Source: Geopsychrobacteraceae bacterium
GTDB lineage: Bacteria > Desulfobacterota > Desulfuromonadia > Desulfuromonadales > Geopsychrobacteraceae
Assembly: GCA_963662315.1 (NCBI GenBank)
Contig: OY759353.1
Location: forward strand, 3,488,001-3,552,000
Reading direction: 5' to 3'
DNA: 64,000 nt
In this document: piece by piece, positions 21,503 through 30,901 of the stretch
Layout of the letters: each line of letters begins with the position of its first letter
How positions within the stretch are numbered: position 1 is the first letter of the stretch
Notes under the pieces: generated by a model
Databases searched by the model: none
Told to the model about the DNA's origin: nothing
Seen by the model: only the letters and a program-made list of their open reading frames with translations
Program-made: the position numbers and the translations under genes

Positions 21503-22660
21503 TTACAATCCAGGAATTTTTGCTGTTTCTTTGTTTTGCCTATCGTCTGATCGGTGCCATTGCTCACCTTTCCGAGTGAATATTCCATGCAGTTTTAGGG
21601 GATGACGAGTTGTGCGAGGGTCAAGCTCATGGAATATCGGCAAATTGAAATAGTACAGACGCGTTTCTGTTCCGAAGCGCAGCCGGCAAACCGGCAAACC
21701 ACCGAAATCGTCAATTTGATATTCAGAGCTGTCTCCTTGTGACACTTTGTGGCTCTTATGGATCATCACTGCTGAATGACCGAAGCTCAGTTCTTCTTTA
21801 CTTGGCAGACCACTGGTTTCTGCGGAAGTATTACAAAATACCGTGGTGGTATCCTTGACTCCTGGAGTGTAGGCCAGATATTCACCATAAAAGCCATTAA
21901 CCACATCGCGAAAGGCCGGGTGCTCCGGTTTTGGATTGCACTCTAAAACCATTAATAGATCAAGCCGTTGGCGACTGTTAAAAAACAATGTGTTGGCTTT
22001 GTCGATGATTGCGCTGATGTTTGACTGGTAGAGATCACGATAAACATAATCAAGGCAAATCAGGCTCATAAAATTGAAACAGTTTGGCTGACAATGAAAT
22101 AGCGGAAAAACCTTGCCCCGGTAAAGATCATACTGTGAATCGAGATGCTCCTCGCCGACAAAGGGGTGGCTTTTGGCTTGAGCGAAAACCCTGAAACGGC
22201 CATCGCTTTCCTTTACCGCAGTGATACACCAATTGGTTGGAATATCAACATTGTCTCCACTGTCGAGGTCTTGGATCACGGAGGCCAGTGCTTCAGCGTT
22301 GTCAGCGGAATAGCGCTCCAGAAACTCGCGGTATTTTATCAGAGGAATATGGTCAACTCCGAAGAAGGTGACTGTATTCGGTCGAAACCTTTCCTTGATA
22401 AATGCCAGGGCCGTATCGACGTACTCAGCGGGGATAGCAGCTTCTGGCAGGGCTAGGAAATGGCACTTTTTCAAATTACCATCACCTTCTGCCATGAGAT
22501 CGAAAATCGACTTCAGCTCATCCCATTTTTTCTGCGGGTCAGCCAGACGACAGGAAAAATCGGACATTCCCAAATGATTGGGGATTTGGCAGATCATACC
22601 GTACAAATTATGGTCGAGGGGTAGGTTGAGATTGATTTGTTTTTCAACAATATTAAACAT
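21503..22660 (-). CDS. Conserved hypothetical protein with carbon-nitrogen hydrolase (nitrilase)-like fold
   Basis: FLALPEAAIP (Glu), QAKSHP (Lys) and SLICLDY (Cys) in triad order; start ATG 22660. Confidence 0.65.
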   Translation of the reverse strand: MFNIVEKQINLNLPLDHNLYGMICQIPNHLGMSDFSCRLADPQKKWDELKSIFDLMAEGDGNLKKCHFLALPEAAIPAEYVDTALAFIKERFRPNTVTFFGVDHIPLIKYREFLERYSADNAEALASVIQDLDSGDNVDIPTNWCITAVKESDGRFRVFAQAKSHPFVGEEHLDSQYDLYRGKVFPLFHCQPNCFNFMSLICLDYVYRDLYQSNISAIIDKANTLFFNSRQRLDLLMVLECNPKPEHPAFRDVVNGFYGEYLAYTPGVKDTTTVFCNTSAETSGLPSKEELSFGHSAVMIHKSHKVSQGDSSEYQIDDFGGLPVCRLRFGTETRLYYFNLPIFHELDPRTTRHPLKLHGIFTRKGEQWHRSDDRQNKETAKIPGL

Positions 22661-22720
22661 GTGTGCATTCCTCGCGCTGTTAACATCTGTGGCCGCTATT
22701 CCCATAGCCAAATTTTAGCC

Positions 22721-22774
22721 CAGAACGTGCTAAAAAGGCGACCCTTAACGTGGTTGCCTTTTTAGCACGTTCTG
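22721..22774. terminator. Long hairpin, likely terminator downstream of the yhdH-like gene
   Basis: CAGAACGTGCTAAAAAGGCGACC/GGTTGCCTTTTTAGCACGTTCTG 23-bp arms with one G-T pair. Confidence 0.75.
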
Positions 22775-22784
22775 TGTCAGAACA

Positions 22785-23786
22785 TTAACTGTTGAGCAGG
22801 TTAACCAGGGCCCGCCGCTTCAAGCCACCTGCGAGAATCGCCTGGATTTTGTCCTCTAATCCATCGAGGGTAATCTCGTCGACCATCGATTCCAGATGAT
22901 CAGGTTTCCATTCTGTTGCCATCTTTTGCCAGACTTTAAGGCGTAGTTCCATCAGTGCTTCAACCGAATCGATTCCGATCAGCCGCACGCTACGCAAGAT
23001 AAAAGGAAATACGTTGACCGGTAAATCGGGCGAGCCTACCAATCCACAACAGGTGACTGTGCCGCCATAGTTGGTCGATTTCAGTGCTGCCGATAAGGTC
23101 TCTCCGCCAACGCAATCAACCACTCCTGCCCACTTGGTTTTCATCATCGGTCGTTCCGAGCCTTCTGTAACGGTAGCACGATCTATGACATCGGCTGCGC
23201 CCAGTCCTTTGAGGTAATCAGCTTCGTCCGACTTTCCTGTAGCGGCGGTGGCTTTGAAACCTGCTTTGGCCAGCATTGCTACAGCCAGACTACCGACACC
23301 GCCCGTTGCGCCGGTTACCAGCACTGGTCCCGATTCAGGTGTCACTCCGTTGTTGATCAGTTCCTGTACCGACATAGCAGCGGTCAGGCCAGCAGTGCCC
23401 AACATCATGCTTTCTTTCAGACTCAGGCCATTCGGCAGTTTTAGTGCCCACTTGCTTGGGACCCGAATCATCTGGCTGAAGCCGCCGTCAGTTTCCATAC
23501 CCAGATCGTAGCTTGTGACGATTACTTTATCTCCGACGGCAAAGCTGCCATCACTGCAATCAACCACTTCGCCTGCTGCGTCGATGCCTGGTGTGTGGGG
23601 GAAATTGCGGGTGACACCCGGATTCCCGGTGGCAGAAAGGGCATCTTTAAAGTTGACCGACGAGTAGTGAACCTTGACCAGTAATTCGCCTTCCGGCAAG
23701 TCGTCAGTGGTTCGGGTAACAATGTTGCGGGTAAAAACTTTCTTTTCCGGCTGCTCAACCAGCAGTGCTTTAAATTCCTGTGCCAT
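22785..23786 (-). CDS. YhdH/YhfP (AcuI-like) NADPH-dependent acryloyl-CoA/quinone reductase
   Basis: YSSVNFKDAL, GTAGLTAA, VTGATGGVGS, PFILR.V.L.GIDSV. Confidence 0.92.
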   Translation of the reverse strand: MAQEFKALLVEQPEKKVFTRNIVTRTTDDLPEGELLVKVHYSSVNFKDALSATGNPGVTRNFPHTPGIDAAGEVVDCSDGSFAVGDKVIVTSYDLGMETDGGFSQMIRVPSKWALKLPNGLSLKESMMLGTAGLTAAMSVQELINNGVTPESGPVLVTGATGGVGSLAVAMLAKAGFKATAATGKSDEADYLKGLGAADVIDRATVTEGSERPMMKTKWAGVVDCVGGETLSAALKSTNYGGTVTCCGLVGSPDLPVNVFPFILRSVRLIGIDSVEALMELRLKVWQKMATEWKPDHLESMVDEITLDGLEDKIQAILAGGLKRRALVNLLNS

Positions 23787-23892
23787 GTTGTTTTCCTTTT
23801 ATTTTGGTGAATGGTTGCTTTTCGTTCTTAAATTGATTAATAAGTTAATCATAAACTATGATAAGGGCAAGTACCTACTTTTTTGTGTTGTA

Positions 23893-23908
23893 GTATCCAA
23901 AAAGATAC
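23893..23908. promoter_or_regulatory. Putative HxlR/HypR-type operator
   Basis: GTATC-CAAAAA-GATAC palindrome in the divergent promoter. Confidence 0.6.
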
Positions 23909-23930
23909 CATAGAGGAAATTTAAATAGTT

Positions 23931-24284
23931 ATGGCTGATATTGAAAATTATCGTTGTACTGTTTCCGTAACTCTGGATGTGATCGGGGGGAAGTGGAAAC
24001 CGCTTATCCTGTGGCACTTAAGCTTCAAGACTCTGCGTTTCAGCCAGTTGCAACGTCGCCTGGCGAAAGTTACACAGAAGATGCTGACCCAGCAACTGCG
24101 TGAACTGGAAGCCGATGGCATGGTACACCGGCAGGTTTACGCCGAAGTTCCACCACGGGTCGAATACTCACTGACTGAACAAGGCCAGAGTGTGGTGCCG
24201 ATTCTCGAAATGATGTGCCTGTGGGGTAAAGACTATCTGCAGGCCAATACCGGTGAAGATATCCCAATGTGTCAGATCGGCTGA
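23931..24284 (+). CDS. HxlR (MarR/DUF24)-family regulator
   Basis: C.V..TLDVIGGKWK, KMLTQQLRELE.DG, YAEVPPRVEYSLT. Confidence 0.95.
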   Translation: MADIENYRCTVSVTLDVIGGKWKPLILWHLSFKTLRFSQLQRRLAKVTQKMLTQQLRELEADGMVHRQVYAEVPPRVEYSLTEQGQSVVPILEMMCLWGKDYLQANTGEDIPMCQIG

Positions 24285-24417
24285 TGTTTTACTGTTTTTG
24301 GGTGATTCTCTTGCCGCTTAGTCATTACGAATGAATCAGTCACTTGACAATAAGGAGAAGTGTCTATTTTCAGAACAGCCATTGAGAAAACATGCAAATA
24401 CTGATAAAAATCAGCTT

Positions 24418-25779
24418 ATGAATGATAATCTTTTAAATATGCTTAAAGACAACCTTGAATCGTTTTTAACGATTTGGACCCGTCTGATGGACGAAGCTGG
24501 TTATCTTGCCCATACCACGGCCAAAAGGCAGGACTGCATAGATTCATTCAACGGCATATTACATTCGATCGAGATGTTGGCACCTGAAAATATGGTTCCA
24601 CTATTTGGCGCCATGTTGAAGAACGCCAAACTTTCGGAAAAGTTCATGTTGCAAATTGCCCGCAATCACCGGTTGCGGGGCATCACCGATGAGATGTTTC
24701 TGGGGTGTTTCAAGACCCTTGTACATGCTTTGGAAGAGATTCTTGTGCAACTGGATGCGCCTGCGGATTTAAAACTGCAGGCAGAACTAAGAATTCGCAA
24801 GGTCTGTGATGTCCTGGAAACGATTTTTGTCAGTGACTGGGAACAGACTGTCACTCATGATCTGATGGAGCAGTTACAAGGTGCCAATCGTCAGCTGACC
24901 CTGAAAAAAAATCGCTATGAAAATATTTTTCGCTGTACGTCGGATCTGGTTGTTTTAACCGACAGCACAGGTGTGATTACCGAGGTAAACCCTGAAACAG
25001 AAAAGTACATTAATAAAGCGCAGTTGATCGGTCATCCATTTTGGATCGTTCTTGATCTTGCTGGAAACAATTTAGAATCAATTCTTGAGCGTTATTCGAT
25101 AGAAGAGGTGCACGAAGTTGTTTCCAGGAACGGTCAATATGTTTTTAATCTGAATATCGTTCCCTTGCAGAGGGTTTCCCTGGCTTCGCAGGGATTTATG
25201 CTCATCCTTACGGACATCACAATTCTGGTTAATCATCGCCAGGATCTGGAAAAGCACGTTGCAGAAAGAACTGCTGAGCTGCAGCACTCGCAGTACCTGT
25301 TGAGCCAGGAGAAATCACAGATTGAAGAGATGAACGTTACATTGCGGCATGTGATGACAACGATAGAATCAGATCGTTTGGAACGGGAAAAAACAATTTC
25401 CAGAAAAATTCGTACAACCATCCTGCCCGCTCTGGAAAAAATTAAAGACGAAGGCAGCTATGATGTCCGTTCAAATTTTGTCGATTTAGTCCGCGAGCAA
25501 TTACTTTCCCTGACCGCCGGGTTTGGGTCAGCGTTGGACTCTGATATGCTTAAACTCAGTCGAACCGAAATCCGCATTTGTCAATTTATTCAAGCCGGTT
25601 GTTCTACCAAAGAAATCGCCGAAGCGATGAATTTGGCCTTCGACACAATCAGAACCCACCGTAAAAACATCCGCAAAAAACTTGGTCTCCAAGGAACCGA
25701 TACCAATCTCTATACTTTCCTTTCAAATCGCAATTGTAACATTGAAGACACTGTCGGAGAAGACTCATGGGGTATGTAA
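24418..25779 (+). CDS. PAS-domain LuxR-family regulator with helical N-terminal sensor
   Basis: PAS (DLVVLTDSTGVITEVN), C-terminal LSRTE....G.STKEIA..MNLA..TIRTHRKNIRKKL; start uncertain (24331 or 24418). Confidence 0.88.
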   Translation: MNDNLLNMLKDNLESFLTIWTRLMDEAGYLAHTTAKRQDCIDSFNGILHSIEMLAPENMVPLFGAMLKNAKLSEKFMLQIARNHRLRGITDEMFLGCFKTLVHALEEILVQLDAPADLKLQAELRIRKVCDVLETIFVSDWEQTVTHDLMEQLQGANRQLTLKKNRYENIFRCTSDLVVLTDSTGVITEVNPETEKYINKAQLIGHPFWIVLDLAGNNLESILERYSIEEVHEVVSRNGQYVFNLNIVPLQRVSLASQGFMLILTDITILVNHRQDLEKHVAERTAELQHSQYLLSQEKSQIEEMNVTLRHVMTTIESDRLEREKTISRKIRTTILPALEKIKDEGSYDVRSNFVDLVREQLLSLTAGFGSALDSDMLKLSRTEIRICQFIQAGCSTKEIAEAMNLAFDTIRTHRKNIRKKLGLQGTDTNLYTFLSNRNCNIEDTVGEDSWGM

Positions 25780-25803
25780 GTATACCCCAAATTACCCCCA
25801 TGA
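25765..25803. promoter_or_regulatory. Putative LuxR/NarL-type operator upstream of the molybdoenzyme operon
   Basis: GGGGTA 25769-25774 inverted against TACCCC at 25783 and 25793. Confidence 0.55.
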
Positions 25804-25863
25804 ATCCTCCTTCCCTGTTTAGATTAAGGTGTTTAAATTTGGAACAAGATTTAGGAGGTTCAG

Positions 25864-26451
25864 ATGAAAGATATCCCTCAGGGACGGATTCAGTTTTCGT
25901 CGAAGCATGAAGAGATCGGCTGTTGTCTCAGGAATTTTTTCATTTCTGCCGACAGTAATGATCTGCTACAGACCTATGAAACCATGGGGACCTGTGTTGA
26001 TCTCCCCCCTATTGCCTGCAGCGAATCTTTCGAGTTTGCATTCAACCGCCTTTTCGTTGGGCCCCTGGCTCCGGTCGCCCCACCATTCGCCTCCGTGTAT
26101 CTTGACCGTGATAAATTGGTTATGGGGCCGTCGACTCTGGATGCCCGCGATCTCTATGCTGCTCTTGGCCTGAGTTCTCCTTGGGAGGGAAGCATTCCTG
26201 ATGATCACGTCTCACTTGAGATCGATGGGTGCCTTCATCTGCGGCAACTCGTGGAGCAGAATGACAGTCCACAGCTGGCCGAACTTTATCACAGTTTTGT
26301 GGCGGAACATTTTAGCCAGTGGATCCCCAGGTTCTGTGACCGGATAATGCGTGCCAATGATGTTCCAATTTCCCTCCATGCCGTCGCCGAAACCCTGATC
26401 GAGTGGTTGAACAATGAATTAATTAACATGCCGAAAGGAGAACTCTTATGA
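25864..26451 (+). CDS. TorD/DmsD-family Tat maturation chaperone
   Basis: FNRLFVGP...APPFASVY, PDDHVSLE, HFSQWIP. Confidence 0.92.
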   Translation: MKDIPQGRIQFSSKHEEIGCCLRNFFISADSNDLLQTYETMGTCVDLPPIACSESFEFAFNRLFVGPLAPVAPPFASVYLDRDKLVMGPSTLDARDLYAALGLSSPWEGSIPDDHVSLEIDGCLHLRQLVEQNDSPQLAELYHSFVAEHFSQWIPRFCDRIMRANDVPISLHAVAETLIEWLNNELINMPKGELL

Positions 26452-28721
26452 AGGACTCAAGCTCCGAGCCGTCCTGCAAAGGTAGTCAATGCACCGTCAG
26501 CCGACGCAAGTTTCTGCAAATCCTTGCACTCAGCGGTGCCGCGGCCGCCGTTCCCGGAAGTCTGCTCAGGGCGGCAATGGCAGAAGCCGGCGTCACTTAC
26601 GAGGAAGCTTACGATATTTTTCGTAATGCCTGTCCACGGAACTGTTTTGACACCTGCAGCATCAAGACATTTGTCAAAGACGGGGTTATTCAGTTTATTG
26701 AAGGGGCTAAAGAATCAAGCTTCACTGCCGGCGGCCTGTGCGTCAAAGGCTACTCCTACCCGCGTCGGGTTTACAGCCCTGACCGCATAAAATATCCGAT
26801 GGTTCAGTCCGGTCGCGGCAGCGGCAACTGGAAGCGTATCTCCTGGGATGAGGCCATCGACCGCATTGCCGGAAAAATCATCGAAATCAACGAAAAAGAC
26901 GGCAACCTGCTGGGGCTGGCTCTGGATAAGTATTCGGGGAATTTCGGCATCACCCATTATGGTGTCGAGGGGATGATGTCCTCCCTCGGCTATACGACCC
27001 GGTTTGTTGGTACGCCTTGCTGGCCCGCCGGCATAGATGCTCAGAACTATGATATGGGAGAGATGTGGTGTAACGATCCTGAAGACATGGTTAAGAGCAA
27101 TTATATTATTGTCTGGGGAGCCAATCCGGCCTGGTGCTCCGTCCACAGTATGAAGTACCTGTTCGAAGCACAAAAACGAGGGGCAAAGCTGGTGGTCATT
27201 GACCCGGTGTTTACCCAGACCGCAGCCAAAGCAGATATGTATGTTCAAGTCGATACGGCGGGTGACGGGGCGCTGGCTCTGGGGATGGCGCGCCATCTGC
27301 TTGATAAGAACATGATCGATCATCGTTTTGTTAACGATAATGCCGTCGGTTTCAACGAATTTTCCAGTTATCTGCGCGATCAAGTGACCCTGGAATGGGC
27401 GGAGCAAGAGTCTGGTGTCCCAATTGCGGTCATTCGTCAGCTTGCTGAAGAATTCGCTGGGGCCGATCCTGCAACCATCTGGATCGGGTACGGTATGCAA
27501 CGGCATACCAACGGGGGGGCTGCTGTACGCGCCATCGACGCACTGGTCGCCATGACCGGGAATATCGGCAAAGTTGGAGGTGGTGCCCGTTATGGTCATC
27601 TGCGCACCTGGGGGTTCAACTACAATGCCATGGTCAACCCGGCTCCAGAAGGTGCCGTCGGTATGGTCGATGGTGCAGCCATCAAGGGTGATTTTCATTT
27701 TATCGGTGGTGATAAAGCCAAATTTACCGATCGTCCTCTGAATATGAACCAACTGGCCCGCGAAATCCTGCAAACCAAAGACCCGCAAATCCGCATGCTG
27801 TGGCTTGCTTGTCGCAACCCGTTTAGCCAGGATCCTGATACAGCAATGCTGAAAAAGGCTTTTGATTCCCTGGAGATGGTTGTCGTTGTTGATCAGTTCT
27901 TTAATAAAAGCGTGGAGCAGGCGGATATCGTCCTGCCGCATACAACCCTGTTCGAGGAGAATACCGTTAATGTCAGCTACTGGCATTACTGGATGAGCAT
28001 CAATGAGCAGGCGATCAAGCCGTTGTACGAAGCGAAATCGGATGTTCAGATCGCAGCCATGCTTTCAAAACGAATGAATGAACTCAAACCCGGATCCTGT
28101 ACTTTCCCCACCGAGATGGATACGCAAAAGTGGCTGGAAAAAGAATTCAACCAGGGGATCTATGATTTCTTCGGGCTGAAATCCTGGAAGGACCTGCGCA
28201 ACGGTCCGGTTAAGGCAAAACTCCCCTCCAGCGCGTCCTGGCATGATCTCAAATTTAAAACACCATCTGGAAAATACGAGTTCAGTTCGGCTTTGGCGTC
28301 CGAGCATGGTCACAAAGCGCTGCCGGAGTTTACCCCCAAACGCAAAGCAACTGCGCCACTGCGACTGTTGACTCCCCACAGTAAATTCAACCTCCATTCC
28401 CAGTTTCAGAACCTGGACTATATGGAAGATTTCAATGCGGGTCCGGTGGTTTATGTTCACCCGCAAACAGCAGGTAAACGGGGTATTTCCAGCGGTGATC
28501 AGGTTCGGGTGTTTAACAACAAGGGGCAGGTCAAACTCAGTGCCCGCGTGACAGACAATGTTCCTCCCGATGTTCTGCTGATGTACGAGGCCTGGTTTAA
28601 GGACAGTGAATTTAATGTCCAGAATTTGCTCGATGATGAATCTGCCGATATGGGTGCGTTCAAGACCGGTGCACCGGGGATTGCCACGCACGACCAGTTT
28701 GCTGACATTCAGAGAGCTTAA
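26448..28721 (+). CDS. Tat-exported molybdopterin (bis-MGD) oxidoreductase catalytic subunit
   Basis: SRRKFLQ twin-arginine signal, CPRNCFDTC..C FeS motif, WGANPA, ADIVLP, TPHSKFNLHSQF. Confidence 0.93.
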   Translation: MKDSSSEPSCKGSQCTVSRRKFLQILALSGAAAAVPGSLLRAAMAEAGVTYEEAYDIFRNACPRNCFDTCSIKTFVKDGVIQFIEGAKESSFTAGGLCVKGYSYPRRVYSPDRIKYPMVQSGRGSGNWKRISWDEAIDRIAGKIIEINEKDGNLLGLALDKYSGNFGITHYGVEGMMSSLGYTTRFVGTPCWPAGIDAQNYDMGEMWCNDPEDMVKSNYIIVWGANPAWCSVHSMKYLFEAQKRGAKLVVIDPVFTQTAAKADMYVQVDTAGDGALALGMARHLLDKNMIDHRFVNDNAVGFNEFSSYLRDQVTLEWAEQESGVPIAVIRQLAEEFAGADPATIWIGYGMQRHTNGGAAVRAIDALVAMTGNIGKVGGGARYGHLRTWGFNYNAMVNPAPEGAVGMVDGAAIKGDFHFIGGDKAKFTDRPLNMNQLAREILQTKDPQIRMLWLACRNPFSQDPDTAMLKKAFDSLEMVVVVDQFFNKSVEQADIVLPHTTLFEENTVNVSYWHYWMSINEQAIKPLYEAKSDVQIAAMLSKRMNELKPGSCTFPTEMDTQKWLEKEFNQGIYDFFGLKSWKDLRNGPVKAKLPSSASWHDLKFKTPSGKYEFSSALASEHGHKALPEFTPKRKATAPLRLLTPHSKFNLHSQFQNLDYMEDFNAGPVVYVHPQTAGKRGISSGDQVRVFNNKGQVKLSARVTDNVPPDVLLMYEAWFKDSEFNVQNLLDDESADMGAFKTGAPGIATHDQFADIQRA

Positions 28722-28732
28722 GGAGGTTCAGG

Positions 28733-29299
28733 ATGAAAACTCAATACGGATTTATCGTTGACAGTGAGCGGTGCATCGGTTGTTTTACTTGCGCCATGGC
28801 TTGCAAAAATCAGAATCAGACTGAGCCGGGTATCAAATGGCGCGATGTCCATCCCCTTGATGAGAGTATTTATCCACATGAGGGGCGGGCTTTCTACTCC
28901 CTGGCCTGTAATCATTGTGCACAGCCCTGCTGTATTGAAGCCTGTCCGGTCGGAGCCTATAGCAAGCGGGAGAAAGATGGCATCGTCATTCATGATCAAA
29001 ATAAATGTATAGGTTGTAAAAACTGCATTCGTTCATGTCCATTTGGGGCACCCAAATACAACGAAACCAAGCAAAAGGCGGAAAAATGTAGCTTCTGTTA
29101 TGAACGAATCGATGCCGGGCGGCAACCTGCATGTGTTCAGGGCTGCCCCACTGAAGCAATTCAGTTTGCCGATATCAACAACGAAACTGTCAAAGGAATG
29201 ATCCATTATCCTCCCGGCTTTCCTGACGCCAAACGCCTTAACCCTTCTGTGCGTTTCAAGAATCCGGGTCAACCCGAAGTGATCAGGAGGAAAAGCTGA
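28733..29299 (+). CDS. DmsB-like 4x[4Fe-4S] electron transfer subunit
   Basis: CIGCFTCAMAC, CNHCAQPCCIEACP, CIGCKNCIRSCP, CSFC...PACVQGCP. Confidence 0.93.
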   Translation: MKTQYGFIVDSERCIGCFTCAMACKNQNQTEPGIKWRDVHPLDESIYPHEGRAFYSLACNHCAQPCCIEACPVGAYSKREKDGIVIHDQNKCIGCKNCIRSCPFGAPKYNETKQKAEKCSFCYERIDAGRQPACVQGCPTEAIQFADINNETVKGMIHYPPGFPDAKRLNPSVRFKNPGQPEVIRRKS

Positions 29300-30105
29300 T
29301 GGAACACATGGAATTGCCTTTGGTATTTTTTACAGTATTGAGTCAGGCGGCAATCGGATTGATCCTGATTAATGTCCTTTTCGGGCTTCCGGTGACAACA
29401 ACAGGCAGCCGGTTCAAAATTCCGGCTGAACCTCAGACCGCCTTTATTCTATTGCTCATCGGGTTGGGGGCGTCCATCTTACACTTGGGACATCCCTTGG
29501 GAGCGGTGCACGCTCTTGACGGACTCGGAGCCTCATGGCTGAGCCGCGAAATCCTGACCTTTTCCATTCTGGCGCTCCTGCTGGCTATCGCTGCGGGGCT
29601 AAGCCTCAAAGGGAAAAATACGGCCGCAGTCTGGATAGTTGCGGGGCTTGTCGGGATAGCCGGGGTCATTGTCCAGAGTTTTACCTATACCCCGCCAAGT
29701 CAGCCCACTTTGGCTGGCGGTGTTACTCTTATCTTTTTTATTATTACTGTGACCATCCTGGGGACAGCCTTGAATTCCTGTTATGCACCAGAAAGCAAAC
29801 AGGCGCCGCTGGCGGGAGTCCTGGGTGCAGCATTGCTCCTCGGTTTGATTCTCAATCTGCTGATACCGAGCATGTGGCTTGCCGGTCGCCCTGTTGCCGA
29901 GGCGACCGCACTGATGAACTTTTCATCACCCCTCTACTGGGCGCATCTGATCATAAGTTTCGTTCTCCCCCTCGTGGTTCTTGCGAAAACCAAACGCATT
30001 CCCGGTTGGCTGGTCGTTTTGCTCTTGCTGGGGGAACTCATTGGCAGGATCGCTTTTTTCAGCCTCGCCGTGACAACTGCTGCTCGCATCGGCCTGCAGA
30101 TTTAA
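29299..30105 (+). CDS. DmsC-family membrane anchor
   Basis: ELPLVFFTVLSQ, HLGHP, SWLSRE, ELIGR..FF; about eight TM helices. Confidence 0.92.
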   Translation: MEHMELPLVFFTVLSQAAIGLILINVLFGLPVTTTGSRFKIPAEPQTAFILLLIGLGASILHLGHPLGAVHALDGLGASWLSREILTFSILALLLAIAAGLSLKGKNTAAVWIVAGLVGIAGVIVQSFTYTPPSQPTLAGGVTLIFFIITVTILGTALNSCYAPESKQAPLAGVLGAALLLGLILNLLIPSMWLAGRPVAEATALMNFSSPLYWAHLIISFVLPLVVLAKTKRIPGWLVVLLLLGELIGRIAFFSLAVTTAARIGLQI

Positions 30106-30120
30106 AGAGGAAAAGATCGC

Positions 30121-30522
30121 ATGAAACGCGGCAAATACATGACGACAAAATTTTCAGGAATTCTGCTCGCAACAATTTTACTTTGTACTTTTGCGAGCGC
30201 CTCGATGGCTGAAAATACTGTTCGTCTGGAAAAACGCGTTTTGACCGGTCAGGTTGGCAGCCCGGTCCTAATAAAGATAGTGGCTGATCAAACGGAATTG
30301 CCGAGTGGCTATATGTATTCTGCCACGGCGCAGATCCTGGCCGCACCGGACGGGGAGGAAGCAACGCTTCTGTCTGGTTATCCGACCATATATATGATGG
30401 CAACGACCCCGGGAGAATATCGTCTCGGGGTCAGAGTCAATTTGGTTGAGAAGACAACATGTGGAGGGGCTTCATTTCAACCCTTACTCAATGATGAAAT
30501 ATCGGTCTCTATAACTCCATGA
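30121..30522 (+). CDS. Hypothetical secreted protein
   Basis: Signal peptide ending ASMA, then a beta-rich domain with K.TCGG. Confidence 0.65.
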   Translation: MKRGKYMTTKFSGILLATILLCTFASASMAENTVRLEKRVLTGQVGSPVLIKIVADQTELPSGYMYSATAQILAAPDGEEATLLSGYPTIYMMATTPGEYRLGVRVNLVEKTTCGGASFQPLLNDEISVSITP

Positions 30523-30780
30523 GCATCCTGGTCAGCGGCCAAGTTACGTCAGAATTCATTGACGAGGGACAGTTCCTTGCCAGTCAAACCAATGTCATTC
30601 CCGTTGCTGGAACCGACAAAACCCGCCAGGTGGTTTCTAACGCCCGACAGACTGAAGTAGCGGATAGTATGCCGCTACTTAATTCAGCAGATTCTAAAGG
30701 GTGTTCTGAAACTTAGGGTACTGGTAAACCTTCTGGATAGCTGAAGTCAATCCAGACTGATATTAGTTAAAAACAGTAAT

Positions 30781-30824
30781 AACGCACCGGCAGGCAAGCG
30801 TTCGTTTCGCCTTGCCGGTGTGTT
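30781..30824. terminator. Hairpin, probable terminator
   Basis: AACGCACCGGCAGG/CCTTGCCGGTGTGTT imperfect inverted repeat. Confidence 0.55.
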
Positions 30825-30901
30825 GCTTGTTACGGCTGAATTATCATTTAAGGCAGTAACTTTCCCTATCTCTTGCCAGTCGCTTTTGCTACCATGCGGC
30901 G

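Noticed and set aside
26715..27986. 423-aa minus-strand ORF
   Set aside because: Antisense shadow of the molybdoenzyme gene with no motifs
30519..30716. 65-aa plus-strand ORF as the last gene of the operon
   Set aside because: No motifs; better explained as the opposite strand of a gene remnant
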